Source: Catajapyx aquilonaris
Taxonomy: Eukaryota
Assembly: GCA_000934665.2 (NCBI GenBank)
Contig: KZ538424.1
Location: 1 to 64,000, forward strand
Direction: 5' to 3'
DNA length: 64,000 nt
This document shows, in pieces, positions 62,906 to 64,000 of this stretch. The notes below the pieces were generated by a model, which had not been told where the DNA came from, searched no databases, and saw only the letters and a program-made list of their open reading frames with translations. Numbering within the stretch: the first letter of the stretch is position 1; each line of letters opens with the position of its first letter. The translations under genes and the position numbers were made by a program.

Positions 62906-64000
62906 TTATTCTTTTATTTTGGTAGGACAAGCTTTGAAAATATTGAGTAAATGATAAGGGGATACTCACATAGGTGTGTGTGTGTACACTGTAAATGATA
63001 TGCAGAAGTATACAGGGCAGCTCATCAAATTTTTTGCTAAAGTCCACCTAACCATTAAGAAGCAAGTCACACTAATAATGGGAACAAAGGTATTGGCAGT
63101 CCGAACTGATACGTATACAGGTATGTAATACACTTATTTGGTGAGTGTCCCCTAGGTAAATGATAACATCCTACTGAAAAATTAGTCAGATAATTATGAT
63201 TGTCATTTTGGTAATGGTGAGCTTGGAGTATAAAATCCTGCCTTCGGTGTAGCACATCAGCTGCGGCTACTTAGATGTTTGTATTATAACCATTACAGTG
63301 AAACCTCCTTAATTCATAATTATACTAATTTGAAATGTCTTAATTGGAAGGTGTCTTGGATCCCTAGGTCAGTTGATATACAAGTGCACATGAGCTTTAT
63401 TGGATAATTTAAAATTCGTGTAATTCTCAAGTCAATTTAATGCATACAGTTTTGAGGTCTGAGCTTCAAATCGTATCTGGTCATCTTGCAGTTATGCTTT
63501 CCGAATTCAAGCAAATGAAAAGACCTCTTTCAAATAACCACAAGTGTCACGTTATGCAAATGGCCAATCAGCAGGTGTTTGGGCCATTGGCATATGAAAA
63601 TGTTACGTTTCTCTTGGCCATGTGTGTATCGACACATGACCAAAGGCCTTTTTTTTGAGAAAATGATACTTTTGGTTGTCCAAAGGGTCACCTGAGTAGC
63701 AAGCCTGGTGCATTCATGTGAATCACAGGGCTGTATATTTGGACATATAGGCAAAATAGCTCTCAGCTTTGCCCTACCATTACGTGTCCATACATAATTT
63801 ACCCTGAAAAAGTCCAACTGCTATTGGCAGGGATTCCCCTTGGGAATAGGCAACCTGTGTGTTGTCTGTGTGTGGCTAAAATCGAAACATTTTTGACACT
63901 AATATGATTCCACAAATAGTGATCCATCACTGTTAATCCAATTATTGGATATCCTACAATTGCATAACTGATTTGAACCGAGTCCTTGAAATGGCCATGC

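Overview
Eukaryotic, repeat-rich invertebrate DNA, most likely from a non-dipteran arthropod or related protostome; this is not prokaryotic sequence. It contains: (1) the 5' coding exons of a NudE/NDE1-family gene on the minus strand, running off the left edge; (2) a candidate head-to-head promoter at about 12.8-13.7 kb; (3) a complete 12-exon AP-5 complex subunit zeta (AP5Z1/SPG48-like) gene on the plus strand, of which exon 1 is tentative; and (4) a tandem array of five intact, single-exon, divergent ionotropic receptor (IR, variant iGluR chemoreceptor) genes on the minus strand. The first two IRs arose from a tandem segmental duplication (22.74-36.23 kb vs 38.09-44.96 kb) that also copied the 3' half of AP5Z1, and that copy is now a pseudogene. 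The two young IR paralogues are nearly identical in the N-terminal and membrane regions but strongly diverged in the S1/S2 ligand-binding lobes. One has acquired an overlapping uORF through a 17-bp duplication, and the other a 5.7-kb nested transposon stack upstream. Introns and spacers hold many tRNA-derived SINEs, MITEs, mariner remnants and a LINE fragment. All alignments and difference counts were done by eye.
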